From NCBI GenBank assembly GCA_965197475.1, contig CBDANF010000003.1:2944001-3008000 (forward strand): 64,000 nt of DNA, in the 5' to 3' direction. The position numbers were made by a program, and so were the translations under genes. Under the pieces are notes generated by a model, which did no database searches, was not told where the DNA came from, and saw nothing but the letters and a program-made list of their open reading frames with translations. Source of the stretch: Candidatus Poribacteria bacterium (GTDB lineage Bacteria; Poribacteria; WGA-4E; WGA-3G). Of this stretch, positions 10,839 through 19,356 are shown in pieces; within the stretch, counting starts at the first letter, position 1; every line of letters starts with the position of its first letter.

Positions 10839-10867
10839 AGTATAGCAAAACCAGTAGCGGTTGTCAA
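10839..10867 (-). promoter_or_regulatory. Near-consensus sigma70 promoter inside the 3' end of the DUF1670 element
   Basis: Minus strand TTGACA-17 bp-TATACT with an extended -10 TG. Confidence 0.7.
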
Positions 10868-10934
10868 CCATATTTTCAAGGCACCTGCCCCGGTTTTGCG
10901 AAGTAAAGTTCGTCGGGAACATAGGATTAGGGTC

Positions 10935-11819
10935 TCATTGGGCTTCTCCTTGGTGAGTGGCTTCATCGTTTGAGTCTGAATTGGCAAGGTCTGCATCTAT
11001 GGCTTGGAGTTGGTGCTGCGGTATGAGGTCGAGATATTGAGAGATGACGCGTTTAGAAAGTCGTGTAATCTGTGAGATTTTATCAATATCTGCGGTTGCT
11101 TTCCGAACGACTTTGACGCTCTCATAATCGCGAATGTATCGGTCAACTGCCTCCTTAGAGTGTTTGGTCTTTGCGGCAATCCTGGGGGTGAGATGTCCTT
11201 GAAGATAGAGGGTTATGATCTCTTTCTTATGGGTAATAGCCCCCGATAAGTCATGGATATTGCCACGGGTGGGCAAGAGTTCTCCAGTGGTTTTTTGCCA
11301 TTCATTAACATAATCACAGACAACGGCATCGCAGACATTGAGCAAAACTGCCAAGTCGAGTTGTGTCAATAATGCCCCTTGGTCATAAGCTTGATGACAC
11401 CAGCGGACCAAGCGATTGATCCGCAATTGCCGGGAGGTGAAACCGTTGCGAAAGGATTCAATATCCTCTGCGGCGAGGTAAGTCAGGATGACGGGTTTCA
11501 TGCGGGTTTTGACGATGGACTTTCCTCTTTCTGGATGCTCTTCAATAGGGACAGCCATCCAAACGAGGTGTCCATAGCTCAGCAGCCGCTCCTCTGGGAG
11601 TGCGTCACCAGTGGCGAGTTTCTCCAAAGGAAGGGTAATCACGAAATAGTCCTCAACGGTCTTAAGAATATCATCAACAATAGCTGTCGCCGTGACTTCG
11701 CCTTTGTCATAACCGTAGTCATTGAGAAAGCGATGGATCAGCAACTGTCGTAGGGATTTATCGTTGATGCGTCTGAACTTTTTCTCGTTGATTTGGGTGC
11801 GCGTCAAAGGTTTGCTCAT
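10935..11819 (-). CDS. DUF1670-like protein (ORF2)
   Basis: QAYDQGALLTQLDLAVLLN...PTRGNIHD.S...THK...HSKEAVDRY; paralogous to ORF1. Confidence 0.75.
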   Translation of the reverse strand: MSKPLTRTQINEKKFRRINDKSLRQLLIHRFLNDYGYDKGEVTATAIVDDILKTVEDYFVITLPLEKLATGDALPEERLLSYGHLVWMAVPIEEHPERGKSIVKTRMKPVILTYLAAEDIESFRNGFTSRQLRINRLVRWCHQAYDQGALLTQLDLAVLLNVCDAVVCDYVNEWQKTTGELLPTRGNIHDLSGAITHKKEIITLYLQGHLTPRIAAKTKHSKEAVDRYIRDYESVKVVRKATADIDKISQITRLSKRVISQYLDLIPQHQLQAIDADLANSDSNDEATHQGEAQ

Positions 11820-12635
11820 CAGAGTTCCTCCTTTTTTTTCTCCACGGGCTCTGGGTGAAGGAGTTGGGTCATGCGATCGGTGTGTTGATATTCCTCGGAC
11901 AGCGAGAGATACTCGCGGATCAGCCGGTCAGAGAGATGAGTGATGAGTGATGAGCCGTATCTGTGCGTTAGGAAAACCTTGATGATGGAGCGTGGCGACT
12001 TGTATTAAGTCCCTCAAGTAGCGGTAGACGGCCCGTTCGGAGTGGTTCGTCTTTTGCTCAATCTCGGTGAAGGTGTATGCTTTGAAGGACAACTCAAGAA
12101 TCTGCGTCTTATGAGACAGTCCCGGGCCCATGTCGTGTTTCGCCCCGCGCGTCATCACGAAATAGCCGGACTGCTTCAACGCTCGGATGTCGCGTTTGAC
12201 GGTGGCAGGACTGGTAGTTAATAACACTGCCAAATCCTCATAACTCAGCAAGGCATCTTGGTCATAAGCTTCTTGGGTCAATCGGAGGATCCGATGCCGT
12301 CTGAGACCTGCGAGCCCATAAGTCGCTAAAACTTCAAGGTCGGCTTCAACATCGTTGAGTTTGAGTCGACAGGAAACTTTTTTCGCTAAAGCGATGTGTT
12401 TGCCTGCGGGTTCCTCAGCGGCGACTGCCTCATAGCAGATTTGCCCTGAGGTAAGTTGCACATCGGCGTGCTGTTCAAAGTAGGTGGAAATCTGTTTATA
12501 GTAGGCTTCAGCAACGAGAGGCATTAGATTAAAGTCTGCTGAAATCTTCTGAATAATAGCGGCTCTGGCATTCTTGGATTCCAGTCGATTGATACCGTAG
12601 GCGGTATCCTTCTTACGGTCCATATTGACCTCCAT
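11819..12635 (-). pseudogene. DUF1670-like protein (ORF1), frameshifted by a 7-bp tandem duplication
   Basis: EAYDQDALLSYEDLAVLL...TRGAKHDMGPGLSHK...HSERAVYRY. Removing one CTCATCA unit (~11934-11954) restores ...ITHLSDRLIREYLSLSEEY...EKKKEEL*, ending in a TGATG overlap with ORF2. Confidence 0.75.
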
Positions 12636-12757
12636 GAAGAAAGTGTCGGCGATGCAAATACATCTACCCGTTAGTTTAACGAATACTAATAGTATAACTC
12701 ATGGGGTCATTTGATACAAACTATAAGTAAGTTGAAACCTATTTCCTAAATATATGC

Positions 12758-12782
12758 GTAGGCGCGCTTTGTAAGCGCGCCT
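12758..12782 (+). repeat. GTAG-type REP-like palindrome
   Basis: GTAGGCGCGCTTTGTAAGCGCGCCT: GTAG followed by a hairpin. Confidence 0.6.
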
Positions 12783-12882
12783 CTCACAAAGGATAAAACA
12801 GCGTTTAGACTCTGCTTTTGCCGAACAATACACCTGCAAGATTCCGTGGTCTGCCACAACGCCCTATCTGAATTAGTAAACG

Positions 12883-13212
12883 CTAACGAATTGCAGTTGG
12901 GACAATTTGAGCGATAAATTTCAAACTGTTTTCCAACTTTTCGATTGCCTCTGATTCGCGAGCTGTCCCACTCTTGAGTTCAATCGAAACTCCCACAAGA
13001 TTATTTTCAGTTGGAGAAATAAAAAAGAGAAGTCGGTCACACCTTTTTTCAGTTTTTTGGCGCAAATCAAACTCATGTTCAAGATTTACAATCACCCGTT
13101 CGGATGGTATGTCATCCATGTCAACATTGCATCCTTCTCCACTGCATGCATCAACTAAACTACCTGTATTAAAACGTGCACGGAGTTCACCAAGAATTCT
13201 ACTCTGATTCAC
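12883..13212 (-). CDS. Small PD-(D/E)XK-like partner of the AAA ATPase (possibly C-terminally truncated)
   Basis: RCDRLLF...VSIELKSG motif; overlaps the ATPase stop. Confidence 0.55.
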   Translation of the reverse strand: MNQSRILGELRARFNTGSLVDACSGEGCNVDMDDIPSERVIVNLEHEFDLRQKTEKRCDRLLFFISPTENNLVGVSIELKSGTARESEAIEKLENSLKFIAQIVPTAIR

Positions 13213-14609
13213 GCTTAGTGTTGCCTTTCATTTCTTCAAGTCGATTTTGTAGACGTGCGGAACGGTTGTAAAGGTCCTCAGCGACATCCAAATATTCCAT
13301 CGGTTCAACGCCGTCAATACGATTGTAAGGTATTTCTTCCACCTTTCCATTTTTCTGAAAATGCCAAATTCCAACTTGTTCTGTCTGAAGAGAAGTCGGC
13401 AGGTCGCTAACTTCCTGCCCTGCGTTCTCAAGTTCTCCTGCACGTATCAGATTCCCTATTTCCTGAAGTAACCAATCGCTATGTGTTGTTATTATTATTT
13501 TCACGCCTGCCCGAACTAAACGTGCAAGAATGACTGCCATGCCTGCTTGGGCACCCGGGTGTAGGTGTGCCTCCGGTTCTTCAATGATCAGCGTATCACC
13601 TGGCTGTACAAGACTTCGGAGATATAGGACTAAGGGCGCAAGTTCAGATACCATTGAGGAAGATTGGCTGAGACGAAATTCTTCATTAGTGCCTTGTGGT
13701 AAATAACGAAAGTCCGGATACCCACTCGCTGAAGGTTTTAAGCGTATCTTTCCAGCAAGTACTTCAGTTTCCAAAGTTTCAGAATGTTGTTTCATCTCAG
13801 CATTCGGTTTTTTTGGTTCTTCGTAAAGGATAATTTTTTCCATAAAGTCTGCTATCACTCCTGACATAGTGGGAACCTCAGGAAAACGTTCGAAACCTAC
13901 TCGGGTTGATCGCTTTACAAGCGAAGTTGCTATCACTCGATGACTTTGCATGATGCCGCTCCGGGCAGCAGGAAGGTAGTAACGGTTTCCTCCATTTTTG
14001 ATGTTTCCCTTAAAACCATGTATTTTTTTTACTCCGCTTGTCAGTTCAACTCCCCAATCTCCGCTAAAAGTGAAATTAAAATTACCTTCACCTTTCCAGT
14101 CTGTGGAGATTGCCAATCCCTCAGGAATAAGAATCATAGTCTCGTTGAATGAACTATTAAGGATAACATCTGATTCAGATGTATTTAACTTGATACTCCA
14201 ACCGTCTTGCTGTTTTTCATCAACCATCAGTGAAACAGTCATTTCATTTTTTTCTCCCGTTGTCAATCGTCTTAATTCCAAAATTGCATCAAAATCATAA
14301 CAGTTTTTGAGTTCAGACTGTAGTTTGTCCCCAAAAACCTCTGCATCATCAATAATTGTCTTTAAGAGATCTCGTAGTTCTGTTGGAAAATCTAACAATC
14401 TAAAGGCCCCTGTCACTGGTGTTTAGTTTTTTGAGCACATCCTGAACTTTTTGCTTTGCTGATGGACTCGCGTTTGTCAAAACAAAGTTCTGTAAAGCAT
14501 GTAAAATACCTACAATCCCTTGGAGCCCAGATGGAAATAGAAGTTGGGGTTCTGTCATATCCGGAAATACACCGTACAAGGCGTACACCAGCGTAGAAAA
14601 ATAAGTTTT

Positions 14610-15748
14610 CGGAATAAGTCGTTTTGGACTTGACAAAAGTTGGAAAAGTGCGCTAAACCCTTGTAAATAAAGGGTTTTCATAGTATAATATCAGTAAGAA
14701 AATAGGGGGTATCAACCCCCTATTTGAAACTCAAAAAAGCGAGTTGCTTTTCTGGTTCACACTTATCTGATATTGTATCAGAAACTATCAGAAAAATGCA
14801 ACTCCAAAAAACAGGAGTGTTTTCTGATGGATTTAATCAAGGTGATGAAGACGTTCTCAACGCAAGAGGATTGCATCGAATATCTGGAGCGGCTCCGATG
14901 GAAAGAATCGCCAGAATGCCCGCATTGTCCAAGTCTAAACGTCCGAAGGCGGAACGAACACGAGGTTGGGCGTGTCGGACGCTGGAACTGCCACGATTGC
15001 CGTGCTACATTCAAGGTGACACACGGCACAATATTTCACGGCACGAAGATACCGCTCCAAAAGCGGTTTCTCGCTATCGCTCTCATGGCAAACGCAAAGA
15101 AAAGTTTGTCCTCCCATCAACTTGCGCGCGATTTAGGGATGAAACAGAAAGCTGCTTGGTGTCTAATGATGGCTATACGCACAGAGATGGGAAAGGATAA
15201 TGTCCTACTACAAGGGGTCATTGAAGCAGATGAAACCTATATCGGTGGTAAGCGTCGCAAAGACTATGACCGGGAGGATGGTGAACCCCGTAAACGCGGA
15301 CGCGGCACCGCTAAAGATGCCGTGCTGGGCGCAGTCGCACGTGGTGGACACGTCATCGCACAACTCGTATCCAACGCCACTGGTGAGACGATCTCCGACT
15401 TCATCAACAGATTCGTCAATACCGAAGATTCTGAACTCATTACCGATCAGTATAGAAGCTACAACGAAATCGGTAAGGAAATGAAACATGAGACACTTAA
15501 CCGTAGTGAGAAATGGGAGGCTGGCGACATCCATACCAATACGATGGAAGGCTTTTGGTCTTTCGTCAAGAGGGCATGGTATGGACAACAACACCACTAC
15601 TCAACAAGATACACGCCCCTGTATCTCGCAGAGGCAGGCTATAAATATAACTACCGAGAAACCAACATCTTTGAGAAGTTTCTCACCGAAAGTATAACGT
15701 GAGAAATCTGAAAAATAAAAACTTCCAAGTCCAAAACGACTTATTGCG
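14610..15748 (+). mobile_element. IS1595-family insertion sequence (copy B)
   Basis: 23-bp TIRs CGGAATAAGTCGTTTTGGACTTG / rc CGCAATAAGTCGTTTTGGACTTG. 8-bp TSD TAAGTTTT at 14602-14609 and 15749-15756. Confidence 0.95.
14827..15702 (+). CDS. IS1595-family transposase
   Basis: CPHC...CHDC Zn ribbon, IEADETYIGG, ITDQY and HTNTMEGFWS motifs; AGGAG RBS. Confidence 0.93.
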   Translation: MDLIKVMKTFSTQEDCIEYLERLRWKESPECPHCPSLNVRRRNEHEVGRVGRWNCHDCRATFKVTHGTIFHGTKIPLQKRFLAIALMANAKKSLSSHQLARDLGMKQKAAWCLMMAIRTEMGKDNVLLQGVIEADETYIGGKRRKDYDREDGEPRKRGRGTAKDAVLGAVARGGHVIAQLVSNATGETISDFINRFVNTEDSELITDQYRSYNEIGKEMKHETLNRSEKWEAGDIHTNTMEGFWSFVKRAWYGQQHHYSTRYTPLYLAEAGYKYNYRETNIFEKFLTESIT

Positions 15749-15919
15749 TAAGTTTTTCCTGTATTACTGGGACCAACAAATACCGTCAACGGGCGCAAAT
15801 CGATATTGGCTTCCGCAATAGGTCCAAAATTCTCAACTGCAATTTCAACCTTCGGCTGCTCTTGTGTGTCTTTGACTTCGCTCATGGTCATCTCCTCAAA
15901 AATGATTTGTTTATGTAGG

Positions 15920-17290
15920 TTAGAAAAACGTTAAATACGGCTTACCGATAATCTCCCGCCACAACAGGACCGCAAGTTCGCGGGCGTGATAATCTCCCCA
16001 CATAGATGCCTCACCGCACGGAATCTTCCTACCTTCCGGCACATAATCCCATCCATTCGGACGGTGATACACGGAATGCAACAACAAGCCTTGATGTGAA
16101 TCAGAAGTAGAGAGATACGGTTCAGCGAAGAGAGTCTTTGCTACCGTCAAACCTGCTTGGTAATAGGAGTTGCCTGCCTCAGCTTCACCATGCTTTTTGA
16201 GATAGTTGCCGAGTCGAATTAATCCTTGGGCAGCAATCGCAGCTGCGGAGCTATCCACCGGTTCAAAATCGTTGAACGGATCGGCGGGTGCTGCCAAATA
16301 ATCTCCGAGCTCAGCTAAACCGGGAGCACCTGTATCCCAATATGGAATGCCATCTTGTGCGGTGTTCTCAATGTAGAAATCGGCAGTGGCTTCCGCTGCT
16401 TTGCGCATGTGTGTGGTTACTTCTACATACCCACCGTAAGGTTCAAGGTCATCTTCAGTTAGCGTGTCAAAAAATTCAAGTTGTTCAGCGTAGCCTGCTA
16501 TAATCCATGCCAATCCACGTGTCCACGTCGAAAACGGGGAATAACCTTGTTGTGTGCTGGGACAACGGTAATTACCATCATTTGTATTGAAGATAGATTC
16601 ATGCACAACACGTCCTTGCACGTCAAAAGCATCACGTCCTTCACCGTAGTAGACGTTATAGGCTGCTGTCGTCTGGGAATGTTGGAGCAGGCGTTCCAAT
16701 AGACTGATAGCGACATCGCCTTCACCCATCAGTACTGCACCGAGTGTATGTCCGATTGCTAAAACGCGTAGTGAACGAATAGTGTCAGAAAAGAGCGAAT
16801 GCGGACCGTTGAAAGAGGTGATATAGCCCGTTCCGTCTTTAATTCGTGTCCAGCGACTTGCTTGAACGGCAGCGGAGGCTTTCAGTGCAAGTTCATAGAA
16901 ATGCATCTCGCTATCGTTCCACGGAATGACACCTTCACGCATTAGTTGTCTTAGGTTTCCGTAAGTGGAGACGTTGTTGAAACCGTGGTCATGCACACCG
17001 ATGTGTGTGACATGGGGTGCCATCTTTTCAATCGTGTTCTGCCTACCAATTTCAAGAAACTGCTCATCACCTGTGGCATCAAATTGAAGGATAGCAGAGC
17101 CAAATTGGAATCCTTGTGTCCACTCAGTCCAACCTCGCGTGGTATAAGTACCAGCGACAGTAAAAACAGGGGTGCCTTTTTCAGGAGACCACGTATCTTC
17201 TATAGCCAATATTTTTTGACCTGAGCATTCAAAAAGTCGTTCTATCTGACGTTTCAGGTCATTAAGTTGCAATGAATCGTTTATCTGCAT
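15920..17290 (-). CDS. Glycoside hydrolase family 88 (unsaturated glucuronyl hydrolase-like)
   Basis: WTQGF, HDHGF, TWTRGLAW, PYWD, DSSAAAIAA and WGDY motifs. Confidence 0.8.
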   Translation of the reverse strand: MQINDSLQLNDLKRQIERLFECSGQKILAIEDTWSPEKGTPVFTVAGTYTTRGWTEWTQGFQFGSAILQFDATGDEQFLEIGRQNTIEKMAPHVTHIGVHDHGFNNVSTYGNLRQLMREGVIPWNDSEMHFYELALKASAAVQASRWTRIKDGTGYITSFNGPHSLFSDTIRSLRVLAIGHTLGAVLMGEGDVAISLLERLLQHSQTTAAYNVYYGEGRDAFDVQGRVVHESIFNTNDGNYRCPSTQQGYSPFSTWTRGLAWIIAGYAEQLEFFDTLTEDDLEPYGGYVEVTTHMRKAAEATADFYIENTAQDGIPYWDTGAPGLAELGDYLAAPADPFNDFEPVDSSAAAIAAQGLIRLGNYLKKHGEAEAGNSYYQAGLTVAKTLFAEPYLSTSDSHQGLLLHSVYHRPNGWDYVPEGRKIPCGEASMWGDYHARELAVLLWREIIGKPYLTFF

Positions 17291-17341
17291 TTGTCCTCGG
17301 TGTTTTTTGTAGATGGAGTACTATATGCTGCGTATTCTATA

Positions 17342-17830
17342 TCACGAATCCCCATGTCGTTCACATATTACTTCTATAAGGTTCGTTGTAGATTTACCCG
17401 GTACATTGAGTCCAACGATTACCTTGCCTCCGTTTGCCTCAACGACTTCCCTTTCAACCAACTGTTCCAATTTATAATCGCCACCTTTGACGTGAATGTT
17501 CGGTTTGAGTTCAGAAAGTAATTCAATAGGTGTTAATTCAGGAAAGATGACGACATAATCGACGCATTCTAAGCCAGCGAGCATTTCAGCGCGCTCTTCT
17601 TCGGGAACGAGAGGACGATTTTCGCCTTTCAGTTCTCGGACAGAAGTATCACTGTTAACTGCCACTACAAGCAAATCACCGAGTCGTCGCGCTGCTTGAA
17701 GATAGCGGAGATGTCCTAAATGTAGAACATCAAAACATCCGTTCGTAGTGACGATAACGTTGCCTTCGGATTTCAGTTGCTGAAGAAGGGATGCAAGTTC
17801 GTTGCGTTTGTATGTTTTTTGCTGTGACAT
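17342..17830 (-). CDS. rfaE2: D-glycero-beta-D-manno-heptose-1-phosphate adenylyltransferase
   Basis: TNGCFDVLHLGH, NSDTSVRELKG..RP, KGGDY and STT motifs. Confidence 0.9.
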   Translation of the reverse strand: MSQQKTYKRNELASLLQQLKSEGNVIVTTNGCFDVLHLGHLRYLQAARRLGDLLVVAVNSDTSVRELKGENRPLVPEEERAEMLAGLECVDYVVIFPELTPIELLSELKPNIHVKGGDYKLEQLVEREVVEANGGKVIVGLNVPGKSTTNLIEVICERHGDS

Positions 17831-17912
17831 TATGTTATTAATTTATCACGCTTGGTGTATTTTAGCAACTTGGATTTTCTATTATCAACTTACATGAATA
17901 TACGATTTCGTA

Positions 17913-18075
17913 CGGGTGTGTAAAGTTTTTGTCAATTTCTGAATCGCGGATTATGCGGATTTTGGGAACTTGGTGTCAAATCAATGGCAAATGCGCGCTT
18001 GATATTGGAAATCGGGGTTGAAAACCCCTCTTACAAGAGAAAGGGAATGGTTAATGCCAAAAACTTTACACACCC
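17913..18075. mobile_element. MITE (163 bp) with 18-bp TIRs and an 8-bp TSD
   Basis: GGGTGTGTAAAGTTTTTG (17914-17931) / CAAAAACTTTACACACCC (18058-18075); direct repeat ATTTCGTA at 17905-17912 and 18076-18083. Confidence 0.85.
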
Positions 18076-18177
18076 ATTTCGTAATACATTATTGCACAAT
18101 CTCCAAACTTTTGCTATAATAAAAGACACATTCCAATAGGCAATCATTCCCATTAAGAGACCCTGAAGGAGAGATAG

Positions 18178-19338
18178 ATGGACGCAAAGAGAGGTTCCGC
18201 AGATCGTTCCCTACCTATCTGTACACTTGGCGCAGACGAACATGGTAAAACAACGTTGACAGCAGCGATTGCAAAGGTCGTTGCACGAATCGGATCAATC
18301 CGTTCCAAAGCGAACAACCAATTTGAACAGCAAGCACCAGTTCACCACCCAATCCGCGAAGGTGTTGGCATTACCTATCGGGCAATTGATTACGAAACCA
18401 GCGGAAAATTCTATTTGCAGATTGACTGTGAAGCACATCTGGATATTATCAAAATGTTAGTCAGTCGTTCATTTGCAATCCAGGGTGCCATTTGGATTGT
18501 GGATGCTGATGAAGGGGTTACACAGGATTCCGAGGCACATCTCCGCATAGCGAACCGTATAAATTTGCCAACGGTAATTTCATTTCTCAATACACGAAAT
18601 ATCGCAAAAGATGATGAACTGGTAGATATTTGCCAACAAGAGATGCGCGATTTACTCACCGAATATGGATGGGAAGAACAGAACAGTCCTATAATTGTCG
18701 GAGATGCCAATAGGGCGTTAAACTACAAAGGCGATCGGATCGGTTCTGATCAGTGGAAACCGATTGTTGACCTGATATTTGCGATGAATCGGTGTATGCC
18801 TAAACCTGTCAATTCTGAAAACTTACCGCCCATTATGCCAATCTATGAGATTGTAGAGGAGCTGAAGGAACGCGTCACTGTGCGGGGTGAGATTGTTCAA
18901 GGACATCTTGCTGTCGGGCAGGCGGTCGATATTGTCGGTAAGGGCGATCGGATAAAGACAAAATGTCTTAGCATTAAAAAGAATGAAGTGAGTGTAGAGT
19001 CTGAACCCGATTGGTTGTCTATTGGGCAAGTTTTGTGTACACCTAAGACCATAAAGGCGCATTCAGATTTTACCGCTCTTATCTATCTGCTTACACAGGA
19101 AGAGAGCGGCACACATATCCCACTTATCGAAAATGATAAACCTGAAATCCATTTGTGGGGTATTGATATGCCAGCGAGTCTGCAGCTTCCACCAGAATTA
19201 TCCATTGTTACCCCTGGAGATAATGCTCATGTATCGTTTTCTCTCGAATTGCCGCTTGCAATGGAAGTTGGCACAACGTTTGAGGTAAAGAAAATGGGAT
19301 CACGGATCGGACTCGGTGTTGTGACTGATGTGGTGTAA
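18178..19338 (+). CDS. Divergent EF-Tu paralogue with degenerate GTPase motifs
   Basis: Colinear with EF-Tu (HGKTTLTAAI, YET, PIIVG, GQVLC, FTALIYLLTQEESG.H.P, PGDN, G.GVV). G3 reads DCEAH, G4 reads NTRN and G5 reads GDAN. Confidence 0.85.
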   Translation: MDAKRGSADRSLPICTLGADEHGKTTLTAAIAKVVARIGSIRSKANNQFEQQAPVHHPIREGVGITYRAIDYETSGKFYLQIDCEAHLDIIKMLVSRSFAIQGAIWIVDADEGVTQDSEAHLRIANRINLPTVISFLNTRNIAKDDELVDICQQEMRDLLTEYGWEEQNSPIIVGDANRALNYKGDRIGSDQWKPIVDLIFAMNRCMPKPVNSENLPPIMPIYEIVEELKERVTVRGEIVQGHLAVGQAVDIVGKGDRIKTKCLSIKKNEVSVESEPDWLSIGQVLCTPKTIKAHSDFTALIYLLTQEESGTHIPLIENDKPEIHLWGIDMPASLQLPPELSIVTPGDNAHVSFSLELPLAMEVGTTFEVKKMGSRIGLGVVTDVV

Positions 19339-19356
19339 TACCAGTTAATATTATTT

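Larger units (their letters stand above)
10707..12717 (-). mobile_element. TIR-bounded element encoding two DUF1670-like proteins (putative novel IS)
   Basis: Perfect 13-bp inverted repeats GTATCAAATGACC (10707-10719) and GGTCATTTGATAC (12705-12717) enclose only two paralogous ORFs plus a non-coding end. No clear TSD. Confidence 0.75.
13199..15891 (-). pseudogene. AAA_21-type ATPase interrupted at its Walker A by IS1595
   Basis: N-terminus VENFGPI...FVGPSNTGKT (15891-15749) rejoins YFSTLVYAL (from ~14601) when the IS is removed. Extra G in a G4 run at ~14407-14410. C-terminus has IIEEPEAHLHP and ITTHSD. Confidence 0.85.

Noticed and set aside
10710-10922. 70-aa ORF as a third gene of the DUF1670 element
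   Set aside because: No RBS or recognisable motif, and it overlaps a consensus promoter and the TIR.
12690-12719. Circle-junction promoter for the DUF1670 element (TTGATA at one end plus TATACT at the other)
   Set aside because: Simple end-joining gives 22-bp spacing. A weak TTGTAT-17-TATACT using flanking bases exists but is not convincing on its own.
18178-19338. Calling this gene tuf or selB
   Set aside because: G3/G4/G5 motifs are degenerate, there is no SelB C-terminal extension and no ribosomal-protein context.
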